Part shown: piece by piece, positions 37,210 through 38,371 of the stretch
How the letters are laid out: each line of letters starts with the position of its first letter
Numbering within the stretch: the first letter of the stretch is position 1
NCBI RefSeq assembly: GCF_001194135.2
Contig: NC_068984.1
Span: forward strand, 36,092,609-36,130,979
Reading direction: 5' to 3'
Origin: Octopus bimaculoides
Lineage: Eukaryota
DNA length: 38,371 nt
Translations under genes and position numbers: made by a program
Notes under the pieces: generated by a model
Told to the model about the DNA's origin: nothing
Database searches by the model: none
The model's input: only the letters and a program-made list of their open reading frames with translations

Positions 37210-38157
37210 GCATGGAAACAACTATGCTTTAGGAAAAAAACTAGACAACACTTACAAAAATTATTCGCCAACTCGTACGAAAACTCCTTGGAAAACTCCT
37301 ACAGGACAGCGAATTTTCTATATGTTACTTTAGATTTAAATTCTTCACAATACTTCCCCTATATAAACCCAATCAATACCTTAAATACATCAACACAGAA
37401 TCTAGCTACCATAAGTCTACTTTCTAGAGCATAATCAAAAGCTTATCCATCAAAATATCCGATCTATCCGCCAATGAAGAAATCTTCAATCTCTACGCCA
37501 AGTACTATAACTAAGCTCTATCTGATAGTCGCTTCTCCCAGAAAATTAGATTTATGCACAACAGTAGACATAAGGAACACCTCTCGAAATTTAGTTCTGG
37601 AAAAAAAACCGCGCAAATATTGGAAATCCAACACATTCTACTAGGATCAGTCAATCTCACCCACTTAGCACCCGATCTACGAGCAATAATACTAATATTA
37701 GACCTCCCAACTCCCTAACACTCACTAGGAATTATACCTCTTCTAACCTGCCTAATAAAAGCGACGGGAGATATATTCACTAGTGTGCACCCGATTAGCA
37801 TTAAACGTGAAGGGCCTCGCTAAAGCCGTCTTTAGAATAGTGGAGTCTAATCTCTCACCTAACGATGAGTACCATTATATCTTGAACATATATACTTTGA
37901 AATTATCCTATTCATCTACACAAAATATAGAATCTATAAACACCTCGTCTAATAAACGTAAACTTAGCTCCTACTATCTAAATAATACAAACTTATCATG
38001 AACCTATACAATGAAAATAATAACAGCAATCGCAATAACATATCTAACACCCATGGCCCGACCACTTTAAACAACTTAAACTACATAGAATAACCCCCAC
38101 CTCTGAGGGTAATGGGCGCACACCTGAAACCAACACTAATAGGCACACTGATGATAA
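37210..38157 (+). mobile_element. Second Naiad-type Penelope-like fragment (end of RT, thumb, linker); different lineage from the 25.5-27.3 kb copy
   Basis: Reads RKKTRQHLQKLF..RTANFLYVTLDLNSSQYFPY/KPNQYLKYINTESSYH..IIKSLSIKISDLSANEEIFNLYAKYYN*ALSDSRFSQKIRF, then a linker, then ..LALNVKGLAKAVFRIVESNLSPNDEYHYILNIYTLKLSYSSTQNIESI. These are the same thumb and post-thumb motifs as in the first copy. Confidence 0.85.
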
Positions 38158-38212
<55 letters not shown>

Positions 38213-38284
38213 GCCACCACCACCACTACTACCACCACTACTACTACTACTACTACTACCATCACCATCACCACCACTACCACC

Positions 38285-38371
<87 letters not shown>
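38158..38371. repeat. Compound trinucleotide repeat (ACT)n/(ACC)n/(AAT)n running to the window end
   Basis: Seen directly. Confidence 0.98.

Noticed and set aside
38120-38157. Hammerhead ribozyme (gaaac ... ctgatga) near a Penelope-like element
   Set aside because: Only about 17 nt separate GAAAC and CTGATGA, too few for stems III and I, and no stem II partner is visible.

Overview
AT-rich, microsatellite-dense animal genomic DNA with 8 N-gaps, nearly all flanked by (TA)n or (TACA)n repeats. The SINE families and the repeat landscape look like a coleoid cephalopod, most likely Octopus; this is inferred from recognised repeat sequences, not from a search. I could not recognise any intact host protein-coding gene, and almost all listed ORFs are gap or microsatellite artefacts. 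The window is mostly intronic or intergenic sequence full of decayed mobile elements, most of them visible only by reading across stops and frameshifts. These include three Penelope-like retroelement remnants: a nearly full-length Naiad-type RT+GIY-YIG copy at ~25.5-27.3 kb, a second diverged Naiad-type fragment at ~37.2-38.2 kb, and a different-clade GIY-YIG end at ~0.1-0.6 kb. There are also L1/Tx1, CR1-like and two tandem R4/Dong-like LINE fragments, several tRNA-derived SINE copies, and weaker Tc1, gypsy, RTE and Merlin-like remnants. A CRE/CCAAT-rich candidate promoter (~13.5-13.7 kb) and a few candidate exons are noted at low confidence. I found no convincing evidence of a new biological system.
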